A program made the position numbers and the translations under genes. A stretch of DNA of 64,000 nucleotides from an uncultured Pirellulaceae bacterium (GTDB lineage Bacteria > Planctomycetota > Planctomycetia > Pirellulales > Pirellulaceae). The notes under the pieces were generated by a model. The model worked only from the letters and a program-made list of their open reading frames with translations, had not been told where the DNA came from and ran no database searches. This document shows positions 35,266 through 44,416 of this stretch, piece after piece. Position 1 is the first letter of the stretch; each line of letters begins with the position of its first letter. The stretch covers positions 152,916-216,915 of the forward strand of contig CAYONX010000003.1 of assembly GCA_964405425.1 (NCBI GenBank). The letters run 5' to 3'.

Positions 35266-36141
35266 GTGCATGCGATTCACCAATCTTCGCTAATCATCGC
35301 CGAGACGTTGCTGCCTGGAATGCTATTTTGCCGCCACTCATTAAAGATCTTGTTGCTTTTACCAATCGTCGTAGCGGCGTGCTGTGAAAATGCGTCCGGG
35401 CAAAACGGCGGTATACAATATTCGTTTTCGGATTCAGGCTTCCGTCGCTTTGATCGCCCCTATGTTTTGATCCTGCCTGGGATACTTGGCGAACAGATTT
35501 GGGATCGAAATTTGCGAAAGGGGATCAAAAATTCCCAAGCAGCCGTTGACGTCGAGATATATGATTGGACACATGGTCCGTTGATGGCTGGATTCAATAT
35601 TGGTGGCAATGAGGCAAAAGTTGAACACCTGACGCAGGGCATCATTAAATTCAAACAACATCAACCGATGCGGCCGTTATTTCTAATCGGGCACTCCGGT
35701 GGTTGCCGTATGGCGATCAGCATTCTTGAGAGATTGCCGCAAGAAATTCAAGTCGAGAAATCATTGCTGCTTTCTCCTTGCATCGATGCGAATTATGACA
35801 TTGGACCAGCAACGCAAGCTTGTCGAACTGGATTATTTGCTTTTCGTTCGCCGATTGATATCCCCATTTCCATGCCGTTAACAGCGATCCACGGCCTGGC
35901 CAATGGTCAATTAAGCCTCTCGGCGTCCGTCGTTGGTTTTCGAAATCCCAGCCGCACCACCCATACGAACCTCGGAACTCCAAACTTTTTTCAAATTGAC
36001 TACACACCTGAAATGATTTCATCCGGGCATCCGGGTGGTCATTTTGGATGGACAACGCCGGGATTCGTCAAACGGTACATCACCCCGCTTTTGACGAAGC
36101 AGGCGATTCCAGGTGTTTCTCAAGAGCAGAGTTTTCGATGA
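35266..36141 (+). CDS. Putative alpha/beta-hydrolase-like protein (start uncertain, possibly 35320)
   Basis: LFLIGHSGGCRMA nucleophile-elbow-like motif (GxSxG). N-terminal hydrophobic/lipoprotein-like LLLLPIVVAACC. Confidence 0.55.
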   Translation: MHAIHQSSLIIAETLLPGMLFCRHSLKILLLLPIVVAACCENASGQNGGIQYSFSDSGFRRFDRPYVLILPGILGEQIWDRNLRKGIKNSQAAVDVEIYDWTHGPLMAGFNIGGNEAKVEHLTQGIIKFKQHQPMRPLFLIGHSGGCRMAISILERLPQEIQVEKSLLLSPCIDANYDIGPATQACRTGLFAFRSPIDIPISMPLTAIHGLANGQLSLSASVVGFRNPSRTTHTNLGTPNFFQIDYTPEMISSGHPGGHFGWTTPGFVKRYITPLLTKQAIPGVSQEQSFR

Positions 36142-36351
36142 ATCTACGTCCGATGATCTGGCAAGGGGTTTTTTGGCGGCTTCGAGTCAATCAAGAATTT
36201 CGAACTCGGCCGTTTCTGTCTTGCAAATAAATTCGGCAATTCAGCTGTTATCGTGTCACTTCCATTTGCCACAGTCCTTTTTGCTCTTACTATTTACGAT
36301 GACGATCGTCTCTCAATGCGGCTTTGCGAGTCGTAGTACCCTCACATCGGA

Positions 36352-37845
36352 ATGCCCCCCTTGTCTATCGAAGTTGACCAACCTTACCAACCGTACTATC
36401 AGCCGCCGCGTCGCAGCGGACCTCTGATCCTTGCCTCGTGGATCATCATTTTACTGATAGTCATGGGTATCGGCGCGCTGGTGGCAATCGGCCAATACAT
36501 GATGCCCCGCGAGACGCGGATCTCAGGTGCTGAACTATTGTCGATCAACATGATGGCGAAATCTCTTGTCGGATTTCAATTGAGCGGCGATAACGCGTTG
36601 ACTCAGATCGACACATTAAAAACGGGACCGATCGAACAGCGGCTGGCCCATGTATTCTTGATCAACGAATTGTCCGGTGCAGAAAAAGCTGCTCAACAAC
36701 TGGATCTTGTGGACCAGGCAGTATTGGCCGAAGTGAAATCGATTGAGGATGCCGACGAAACATCTGCGTTCCCGACCGACTCACAAAAGGAGCTTCAACA
36801 GCTTACCCGGAGTATCATTTCCAGTTACCAGGCCGGAAATTTTGATACACAGAATATCACCGAAGAAGAACGTGAACTTTTAGAAGAAAAACTGGGATGG
36901 GTCGGAAAGCTGGCCCTTGTAACCAGCCAATCGCCGGACATCCAGTCGCGCCAATCGATAATGGACCAAGGCAAATACGTAGCCCGAGTGTTTATATTTA
37001 TCGGCATCGTTTTCTTTCTTGCTTTGGCTGCGGGCGTATTGGCGATTACCGGTTTGGTTGCCCTGGCTGGCAGCGGAAAATTACAACCTGCGTTCCAGGA
37101 CCGAACCAGACACGGACACGTTTACATTGAAACGTTTGCTCTCTGGCTTATCTTGTTCATGGGTTTGCAATTCGTTTTTAGCACGTTCGCAGTTCTGACA
37201 GGTAAACCATCATTGATACTTCCATTGAGCCCGCTAATGTTTTTCGGATCTTTGTTGGCGTTGATGTGGCCAATCATGCGAGGATTATCATGGTCGATGG
37301 TGTGCTCTGATATTGGATTGGAGTTGCGCAATCCAATTGTAGAAATGTGTGCCGGCGGAATTTCTTACATCTCGCTGACGATTCCGTTGCTGCTTGGTTT
37401 GGTAGCAACCGCAATTCTTGGCGGTCTGATTAATTTGACTTCTACACCTGGAGAATTTGAATCCACCGCTCCGGCCGGTCATCCGATCACTGAAGAAATA
37501 ACCGCCGGTGGGCCGATGATGTATGTTTTCATTGTGATTTCGGCCTGTGTCGCAGCACCCATCGTTGAAGAGATCATGTTTCGCGGAGTATTGTACCGCT
37601 ATTTGCGAGATGCTACCGGCGAGCTACCGGCTAGATGGATGAGCGTTATTGCGTCTGCGTTTCTTGGTGGATTGATCTTTGCGACAGTTCACCCCCAGGG
37701 AATCGTCGCGATCCCAATGTTGACTTTGCTGGCGATGGGTTTTGCGATGGCCCGAGAATGGCGAAACTCATTGATCGCACCGATGACCATGCATGCGATT
37801 CACAACGGTCTGATAACTGGTTTTTTGCTGTTTGTGTTAGTTTGA
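36352..37845 (+). CDS. CPBP-family (CAAX/Abi, PF02517-like) intramembrane glutamic protease with an N-terminal extension
   Basis: EEIMFRGVLYRY (EExxxR), FATVHPQG and MTMHAIHNG motifs in a polytopic C-terminal half. The N-terminal ~200 aa is one TM plus a soluble helical domain. Confidence 0.8.
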   Translation: MPPLSIEVDQPYQPYYQPPRRSGPLILASWIIILLIVMGIGALVAIGQYMMPRETRISGAELLSINMMAKSLVGFQLSGDNALTQIDTLKTGPIEQRLAHVFLINELSGAEKAAQQLDLVDQAVLAEVKSIEDADETSAFPTDSQKELQQLTRSIISSYQAGNFDTQNITEEERELLEEKLGWVGKLALVTSQSPDIQSRQSIMDQGKYVARVFIFIGIVFFLALAAGVLAITGLVALAGSGKLQPAFQDRTRHGHVYIETFALWLILFMGLQFVFSTFAVLTGKPSLILPLSPLMFFGSLLALMWPIMRGLSWSMVCSDIGLELRNPIVEMCAGGISYISLTIPLLLGLVATAILGGLINLTSTPGEFESTAPAGHPITEEITAGGPMMYVFIVISACVAAPIVEEIMFRGVLYRYLRDATGELPARWMSVIASAFLGGLIFATVHPQGIVAIPMLTLLAMGFAMAREWRNSLIAPMTMHAIHNGLITGFLLFVLV

Positions 37846-37867
37846 TTTGCGCTTGCAGACCGAATCT

Positions 37868-38410
37868 CTATCGACCTTGGCCGCGAGTAAATCCCAATTG
37901 CGTGTTGTTGACGATATTTTTGATCGCGCTTTCTGCGGCAGATTTAGAAAACGTAGCTTTCAAAATCGAATTGCCGATCACTCGGTGTTTCAGTCGGATC
38001 AGATAGATCTTCACAAGACAGAAATTCAATGGCTGACAATGGATTCGAAATTCATTGTACGGGCGATCCCATTGTTCTCCGAACATCCCGGACTCGTATT
38101 CAACAACTTGTCTGCGCAGATTGATACGATCAAACACCTGGTCTTCGATCGCGTCTCGAATATTCGGCAGATAATAAAACAGCGGCAACAAAGCCAGTAT
38201 CGCTGCCGATACGATGACGTTGGCGTAAAACGGAACCAGCCAAATATTCAGCACAAAAATTTCGACAAACAGCATGACGAAAACGATGCTGCGAATAAGA
38301 TTCAGGACGCGAATTTTCTTGGTGTTTTTGGCTGGCATATTTTGGTGGCCAATTGGAGCGAATAAGTCCTTGAAGTGTAGGACGCTATTTGCGGGCGGTG
38401 CGTGCGACAT
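37868..38410 (-). CDS. Hypothetical membrane protein
   Basis: 180-aa ORF with two adjacent TM helices (IVFVMLFVEIFVLNIWLVPFY, VIVSAAILALLPLFYYL). Confidence 0.45.
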   Translation of the reverse strand: MSHAPPANSVLHFKDLFAPIGHQNMPAKNTKKIRVLNLIRSIVFVMLFVEIFVLNIWLVPFYANVIVSAAILALLPLFYYLPNIRDAIEDQVFDRINLRRQVVEYESGMFGEQWDRPYNEFRIHCQPLNFCLVKIYLIRLKHRVIGNSILKATFSKSAAESAIKNIVNNTQLGFTRGQGR

Positions 38411-38548
38411 TGCCCTTTGCTGGTAAATGCAGGAACCGAAATCGGGCCGGTCGGATCGATTTGTTCGATTATATGGATAGCTTACGCGTCGGCGGACGTC
38501 GGTTCAGTTGACCACTGGATCGTTGTCGCATAAAACTTCTCTTCTGGA

Positions 38549-38652
38549 TGTTGATGAGTGGGCTCCGCGAGGGGGAGCTGTGAACCGGGTCAGGCCTGAA
38601 ATATGGAGCAGCCCTAAACGGGGTACTCTTGTGCGGAGTCCGCTCATCGACA
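38549..38652 (+). ncRNA. ffs: Signal recognition particle RNA (small 4.5S-type); ends approximate
   Basis: Domain IV signature GGUCAGG (38588-38594), GAAA loop (38598-38601), AGCAGCC (38607-38613). Flanking helices: GGGCUCCGC (38560-38568) pairs with GCGGAGUCC (38633-38641), and UGUUGAUGAG (38549-38558) pairs with CUCAUCGACA (38643-38652). Sits just upstream of dnaX-ybaB-recR, the classic ffs synteny. Confidence 0.65.
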
Positions 38653-38884
38653 TACCCCTCAAACATTCGGTTCTGCCCGCCGGTCTGGCTGTCAGTCATT
38701 TCCGTGGATTCCCGCGGAGCCTGGCACCATCGCGCTTCAACGCAAATCGTGGTTGCAAAGCCTGTAAAATCATCCGTCTCGCCCCCAATACTTGAAGCGA
38801 TTCTTCGAGTAAAATTCTGGCTCACATTAAATCGCCCGCCAGACAATTTGTTCTGCAGGCCAACGAATCCCAGCTTGGATAGTT

Positions 38885-40663
38885 ATGGAATCCAAAGGCT
38901 CAGATCAATCTCAATACACCGTGGTCGCTCGCCGCTACCGGCCCCAATCTTTTGGAGACATGGTTGGGCAGAACCACATTGCTCACGCTTTGTCCAACGC
39001 AATCAAACAAAGTCGTGTTGGGCACGCGTATCTTTTTACCGGCGCCCGTGGTGTTGGAAAAACTTCTTCGGCGCGAATTTTTGCCAAGTGCTTGAACTGT
39101 GAACAGGGCCCAACGCCGCAGCCATGTAACGAATGCGATTTGTGCGTGAGTGTTTCAGCTGGCGAAGACATCGACGTACTGGAAATTGACGGTGCGAGCA
39201 ATCGCGGTATCGACGAAATTCGTCAGCTGCGATCCAATGCCATCGTGCGTCCTTCCCGCGCCCGATTCAAGATCTACATCATCGATGAGGTGCACATGCT
39301 GACTCAGCAGGCGTTCAATGCACTGCTGAAAACACTGGAAGAACCGCCTGATCATGTGAAGTTTATCTTCTGTACCACCGACCCACAGAAAATTCCAATC
39401 ACCGTCCTTTCGCGCTGTCAGCGATTTGATTTTTCACCCGTTCAGACACCGGACATCATTGGTCGACTGAAAGAGATCTGTGAAAATGAAAATATCCAGG
39501 CCGAAGAGCAAGCGTTGCAAGTTCTTGCTCGTCGAGCTGCAGGTTCGATGCGTGACAGCCAGTCGCTGCTGGAACAATTGCTTTCGTTTTGCGCCGAAAA
39601 AATTACCACCGACGACGTGCACCAATTGTTGGGCACCGCCGACGTCAGCCGAATCGCCAGTATCGCAGATTCGGTAACCGAAAAAGACTCTGGCGGTTGC
39701 ATCAATCAAGTCGCCGAAGCCATCAACTCTGGCGTAGACGCGGGTCAATTAACAAGCCAGCTACTTGGCTATTTTCGCGATATCATGGCGATTCAGGTTG
39801 GGGCAAGTTCCAGTTCGTTGCAAACGTGTAACGAATCTGACGTCGATGAACTGAAGTCGAAAGGAAGCTCTCTGGGGCTGGAAACCATTCTGGCAATTGT
39901 GCAGATCCTTGATCATTGCATGACGCGAATGCAATCAAGCTTGCACGGAAGAACGTTGCTGGAAGTTACAATGGTTCGAATCTGTAACCTTTCAAGTTTG
40001 GATGTCCTGTCAGATTTGATCGACCAGGTAGGAAGCGGTGAAGCCAATTCTGCTTCCAAACCACGTCCAACAAAAAAAAAGTTAGCCAGCCCCACTGAAT
40101 CCGGCGGCGATACCAAGGTAGCTTCGCACGCTCCCGTTACAGCGGCAGTTACAAACTCTGCAGCAAATTTGGCAGCTACCGCTAAGCCTGAAGCTCCGAC
40201 GACTGAGCCTCCCAAGCCAGAACCTTCGACGCCAAAGACCGAAACGGCAACAACAAATACAACAACCAAATTGACCGCTGCCAACGTTGCCGAAATCTGG
40301 GTTCAGGCGGCAAGTACGCTGGGAGATGTCACAGCTGACATGGCTGGACAATACACCGAGGTCCGTCTTAACAATAATCAGGTTATTGTCACGTTCGCTG
40401 AGAAACATATTTGCGAATACTGTCGCAAAGTGGACCGTATGGAGTCACTCAGATCGGCCCTCGCCAAGCTGTCCGGTGACGATATTAACTTGCAATTCCA
40501 GTTTGAGGAAAAAGCTGAGTCTCAATCGGAAATCAAGAAACCGAAACTGACACGAGTTCAGATGATGCGTAAGATTGAACAGAACGAATTGGTCAAAAGT
40601 GCTATGAAAGTATTCGACGCAGAAGTAGTCGATTTTAGAAATCTCGGGAAAAAGGCTGACTAA
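38885..40663 (+). CDS. dnaX: DNA polymerase III subunit tau (a gamma form is possible by slippage at 40072-40081)
   Basis: Walker A GARGVGKTS, zinc module CLNC...CNECDLC, Walker B IIDEVHML, SRCQRFDF, then a low-complexity linker and a C-terminal tau-specific region. Confidence 0.95.
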   Translation: MESKGSDQSQYTVVARRYRPQSFGDMVGQNHIAHALSNAIKQSRVGHAYLFTGARGVGKTSSARIFAKCLNCEQGPTPQPCNECDLCVSVSAGEDIDVLEIDGASNRGIDEIRQLRSNAIVRPSRARFKIYIIDEVHMLTQQAFNALLKTLEEPPDHVKFIFCTTDPQKIPITVLSRCQRFDFSPVQTPDIIGRLKEICENENIQAEEQALQVLARRAAGSMRDSQSLLEQLLSFCAEKITTDDVHQLLGTADVSRIASIADSVTEKDSGGCINQVAEAINSGVDAGQLTSQLLGYFRDIMAIQVGASSSSLQTCNESDVDELKSKGSSLGLETILAIVQILDHCMTRMQSSLHGRTLLEVTMVRICNLSSLDVLSDLIDQVGSGEANSASKPRPTKKKLASPTESGGDTKVASHAPVTAAVTNSAANLAATAKPEAPTTEPPKPEPSTPKTETATTNTTTKLTAANVAEIWVQAASTLGDVTADMAGQYTEVRLNNNQVIVTFAEKHICEYCRKVDRMESLRSALAKLSGDDINLQFQFEEKAESQSEIKKPKLTRVQMMRKIEQNELVKSAMKVFDAEVVDFRNLGKKAD

Positions 40664-40735
40664 ACTTCTGTTCTTTTTGGATTGGCAAACTCGTACAATT
40701 CGGCAGTCACATCGAAATCAAAAAAGGAGAATCCT

Positions 40736-41116
40736 GTGTTTAAGAACCTTGGAAACATTGCTTCATTGTTGAATCAAGCTCGCAACATTGGCGGCCAAAT
40801 GGGTGAGGTTTCAGAACAATTGAAATCAAAAACTGTTGTTGGAGAAGCCGGTGGATCGATGGTCAAAGTCCATGCCAATGGCCTCGAACAAATATTGAGT
40901 ATTGAAGTCGATCCAATACTTAAGGAAAAAGGCGATGTCGAAATGCTGGTCGATTTGTTGCCAGCAGCGATCAATGACGCGATCCAAAAAGCAAAAGCAT
41001 TGCATGTGGAAGCGATGCAGGAAGTAACCGGCGGCCTGGAATTGCCTGAAGGGCTTGGTGATTCGCTCAAGCAGATGCTGGGGCAAGCACCCAAAGATCC
41101 TGCAACCGACCCGTAA
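40736..41116 (+). CDS. ybaB: YbaB/EbfC-family nucleoid-associated protein
   Basis: GTG start preceded by AAGGAG at a 7-nt spacing. FKNLGNIASLLNQARNIGGQM...VVGEAGGSMVKVHANG matches the YbaB N-terminal pattern. Confidence 0.85.
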   Translation: MFKNLGNIASLLNQARNIGGQMGEVSEQLKSKTVVGEAGGSMVKVHANGLEQILSIEVDPILKEKGDVEMLVDLLPAAINDAIQKAKALHVEAMQEVTGGLELPEGLGDSLKQMLGQAPKDPATDP

Positions 41117-41146
41117 ACATACTGAGCGGAAACAAAGATTCGGCGC

Positions 41147-41746
41147 ATGTCAGAACTGACCGATAGCGTAGTTCAAATGATTGATCAGCTGTCCCGCTTA
41201 CCCGGGATTGGCCGAAAATCTGCGGAACGATTGGCTTATCACATTTTGCGGGTCAATAAATCCGAAGCGCTCGCACTGGCCGATTCGATTCGAAACGTTC
41301 GCGAAAACGTTCGGTACTGTGATGAATGTTTCAATCTGGCTGAAGCCGAACTTTGCAACATTTGCCAAAACGAACGACGCGATAAAACCCTGCTGTGCAT
41401 CGTCCAACAACCGCGCGATCTGATTTCGATCGAACAATCAGGTCAATACAATGGGCTGTATCATGTACTGCTGGGCCGCATCGCACCGCTGGAAAACATT
41501 GGACCCGAACAATTAACGATTGAACAATTGATCGACCGCGCTGCAAAAGGTAACTTCACCGAAGTGATTATGGCCACCAATCCGACCGTCGAAGGAGATG
41601 GCACGGCATTGTATATTTCAAATATGCTGGCAGATTCGAACGTTAAAATCACGAAACTGGCCCGGGGCATTACTCAAGGAAGTATACTTGAGTACACTAA
41701 TAAAGAGATTGTGGCCGATGCGATTTCAGGCCGGCAACCGTTTTGA
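41147..41746 (+). CDS. recR: Recombination protein RecR
   Basis: HhH LSRLPGIGRKSAERLAYH, zinc finger CDECFNLAEAELCNIC, and a Toprim region (LLCIVQQPRDL...VIMATNPTVEGDGTALY). Confidence 0.95.
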   Translation: MSELTDSVVQMIDQLSRLPGIGRKSAERLAYHILRVNKSEALALADSIRNVRENVRYCDECFNLAEAELCNICQNERRDKTLLCIVQQPRDLISIEQSGQYNGLYHVLLGRIAPLENIGPEQLTIEQLIDRAAKGNFTEVIMATNPTVEGDGTALYISNMLADSNVKITKLARGITQGSILEYTNKEIVADAISGRQPF

Positions 41747-42032
41747 ATTTTAAATTCGCAAACGGTTAATCAGTAATTTATCCGATACTGGTCGTACCGA
41801 TTATCTGATTTCGAGCTGTCAATCTCAATTCTTACCAACTTATCAACCGCAAATTTCGCACTGTGTAAGCGAATTATTCGTTTGTGGGTCATTTCCAGGC
41901 GTAGGTTTTAGATATGGAATAGGTGTCGATTCGTTCCCGTCTGACAATTTTTGATGTTTGGCACAATATTTGTGAACGATCGTCGACCAAACCCCTACAA
42001 TAGGTTGGTTCAATACTAATTTTTCGAATCCT

Positions 42033-43532
42033 ATGAAAATATCGTTCGGTCAACAACTTCAACAAAAGCAATCCCAGACGCTGGCTCCGCGCATGATCCA
42101 GTCGATGGAGGTATTGCAGATGGCCGAAGCCGACTTACAGGAACGAATAGAACGGGAATTAGCGGAAAATGAAACGCTTGAACGCGCCGACACCATGGCC
42201 GAGGCGACGGATACTCGGGAAACACAAACCGAAGAACCAACCGTTGATGTCGAACAAAAAGAACTGGTCATCGATCAGGATGGCGAAAACAGCGCCGACG
42301 ACTTTGAGCGGCTGCTAAATCTGGATCGAGATGTGCCGGACCATTTCGACGGCCCGAAACCTTCTTCCAATCGAATCCAGGAAATTGGTGATCGCCAACA
42401 TGACATGATGGCGAATCTGGTCGATCGTCAAGATACGCTCCAGGATCATTTGCTCGAACAATTGGCCAATGTCAAATCAAGAATGGATTCGACGACCTAC
42501 AAAATCTGTCAACGAATCATTTCGTCATTGAAAGCCGAAGACGGTGGTTACCTGAAAATCAGCTTGCAAGATTTATTGCCACCGGAATCTCAGCCGGGCG
42601 ATATTGAGAAAGCGGAAAATGCATTGATGTGGGTTCAAGAGATGGATCCCCAGGGTATCGCCGCACGAGATTTAAAAGAATGCTTGCAATTGCAACTGGG
42701 CAAAATCGATGAAGAGTATCGAACCCAGGTACGGATGCTGATTAACGACCACCTGGAAGATCTTCAACACAACCGCCTGCCGCTGATCGTTAAAGCAACT
42801 GGCATGGACATCGATGAAATCAAGGAAGCATGGACAGAGCTTAAGAAGCTCGACCCAAAACCAGCCAGTCGTTTCGCTTCACGGTTTGTACCCACGGTAA
42901 CGCCTGACGTTAAATTGATCATTGATAGCGAAGGAAAATACACAGTCGACATTGATGAAGGCCCCAGCCGCAGCTTGCGAATCAGTGAATTTTATCGACG
43001 CAAATTGAGTAACGGTAACGCGACCGCTGAAGAAAAAGAATTCATTAAACGAAAAATCATGGCCGCCCAATGGCTGATTGAATCCATTGAACAGCGTCGT
43101 AACACATTGCAACGCGTTTCCCAAAAAATCGTCGACCATCAAACAAGATTCTTTGAAGAAGGGCCGGACGCTCTTGAACCGTTAAAGATGCAACAAATTG
43201 CGGATCAGGTTGGTGTTCACGTTACGACGGTAAGTCGAGCCGTCGATGACAAGTGGATCGAATCGCCACGAGGCATTTTTCCTCTGAAGTATTTTTTCCA
43301 AGGCGGAACAACGAACGCTGCAGGAGACGATGTGGCGTGGAACAAGATCCGCATTGAATTGCAGAAGATTATCGATGGCGAGGACAAAGCCAAGCCGTTC
43401 AGCGACGACGAGCTGGTTAAACTGCTGAAGTCCAAAGGTCTGACCGTTGCCCGACGCACAGTAACAAAATATCGCAAGAAAATGCAAATCCCCAGTTCTC
43501 GGCAACGTCGCGACTGGTCTCAAAAATCTTAG
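42033..43532 (+). CDS. rpoN: RNA polymerase sigma-54 factor
   Basis: Region I MKISFGQQLQQKQSQTLAPRMIQSMEVLQM, an acidic region II, and a C-terminal HTH plus RpoN box ARRTVTKYR. Confidence 0.95.
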   Translation: MKISFGQQLQQKQSQTLAPRMIQSMEVLQMAEADLQERIERELAENETLERADTMAEATDTRETQTEEPTVDVEQKELVIDQDGENSADDFERLLNLDRDVPDHFDGPKPSSNRIQEIGDRQHDMMANLVDRQDTLQDHLLEQLANVKSRMDSTTYKICQRIISSLKAEDGGYLKISLQDLLPPESQPGDIEKAENALMWVQEMDPQGIAARDLKECLQLQLGKIDEEYRTQVRMLINDHLEDLQHNRLPLIVKATGMDIDEIKEAWTELKKLDPKPASRFASRFVPTVTPDVKLIIDSEGKYTVDIDEGPSRSLRISEFYRRKLSNGNATAEEKEFIKRKIMAAQWLIESIEQRRNTLQRVSQKIVDHQTRFFEEGPDALEPLKMQQIADQVGVHVTTVSRAVDDKWIESPRGIFPLKYFFQGGTTNAAGDDVAWNKIRIELQKIIDGEDKAKPFSDDELVKLLKSKGLTVARRTVTKYRKKMQIPSSRQRRDWSQKS

Positions 43533-43671
43533 ACGTTCTGCGACACTAATCTGCCAATTTTCGACTCTCGATTTGGCTTGGAATCCCAATCAGTGCCTCA
43601 ACGGCCAATGATTGCTGTTAAAATTTATTGGTAGCAATTCAACCTCCAATCAAGCTTGGAATCGGTGGTTT

Positions 43672-44334
43672 ATGAACAAATCAGTTGTAGCCGTCATTGC
43701 AACGGCGATCGTTGCCGGTTCAGTCGGATTCGGAGCGGGCTTTCTTTCGGGTGTTTTCTCGACCGATTTCGGAAAAGAAATGTTTGAGGCAGTTGTCGCG
43801 TTTGAAGAACCGGCTGAAGTTAGCAAGACGATCAATCACGATCAGAACCGATTCACATTCCGCTACCCAGGCAATTGGAAAATAGATGATAAATCTGAGC
43901 ACTTTGATCCGGAATACTGCTTTTCGATCGATTCACCGGGTGGCAATTACCTTTCGTTTGAATTTGCTAATGTCGAACTTTCTGAGTCCGATAAAATCAA
44001 CGATTGGAAAGACTTCTTCGACAAATTGCTGAACATCCGCAGCGAAGAGAGTTTTGTTCAATGGGGAAGTTATCAAGGAACGGGCCTGAAAATTTTTGCC
44101 ACGTATCTTGGTGAGCCAGTTCAGGTTCGATTGTTCTGCTATTCAGGTGATGATTGCTGTTTTACGGTTAGTGAATATTTTGATTCCATCGATTCCTCGA
44201 ATGTTCAACCAGGATTTCAACTGATTGAGAATTCCTTTGAATTAAAAGAAATTGATTCTCAAGAATCGCAATCGGGAGAAAATGATCAAAATCAGGAATT
44301 GGTTTCCGAACAATCTGGGACCATTGAAAATTAA
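43672..44334 (+). CDS. Hypothetical membrane-anchored protein with an acidic tail
   Basis: Start at MNKSVVAV. TM VVAVIATAIVAGSVGFGAGFLSGVF. No family recognised. Confidence 0.5.
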   Translation: MNKSVVAVIATAIVAGSVGFGAGFLSGVFSTDFGKEMFEAVVAFEEPAEVSKTINHDQNRFTFRYPGNWKIDDKSEHFDPEYCFSIDSPGGNYLSFEFANVELSESDKINDWKDFFDKLLNIRSEESFVQWGSYQGTGLKIFATYLGEPVQVRLFCYSGDDCCFTVSEYFDSIDSSNVQPGFQLIENSFELKEIDSQESQSGENDQNQELVSEQSGTIEN

Positions 44335-44416
44335 TGGGATGTAGCAACTTGCAAATTGAATTGTGGCGTTAACAATATAGTGGCTTTGAACCACGTGACT
44401 TGGACGGCCCATTTTC

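Noticed and set aside
38713-38721. A third copy of the complement CGCGGAGCC that could pair with GGCTCCGCG (38561-38569), suggesting a larger Alu-containing SRP RNA
   Set aside because: The nearer partner (38633-38641) gives a compact 4.5S-like fold with a further 10-bp closing helix. I could not recognise Alu-domain motifs. Left for a covariance-model test.
38469-39102. Three overlapping ORFs (125 aa on the minus strand; 95 aa and 157 aa on the plus strand) upstream of and running into dnaX
   Set aside because: They are mutually exclusive, R/P/S-rich and overlap each other. The region is better explained by the SRP RNA hairpin and the dnaX leader.
39973-39982. tRNA T-arm-like GGTTCGAATC
   Set aside because: Lies inside the dnaX coding frame, and no acceptor or anticodon arms can be drawn around it. 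No tRNA genes were found in the window.
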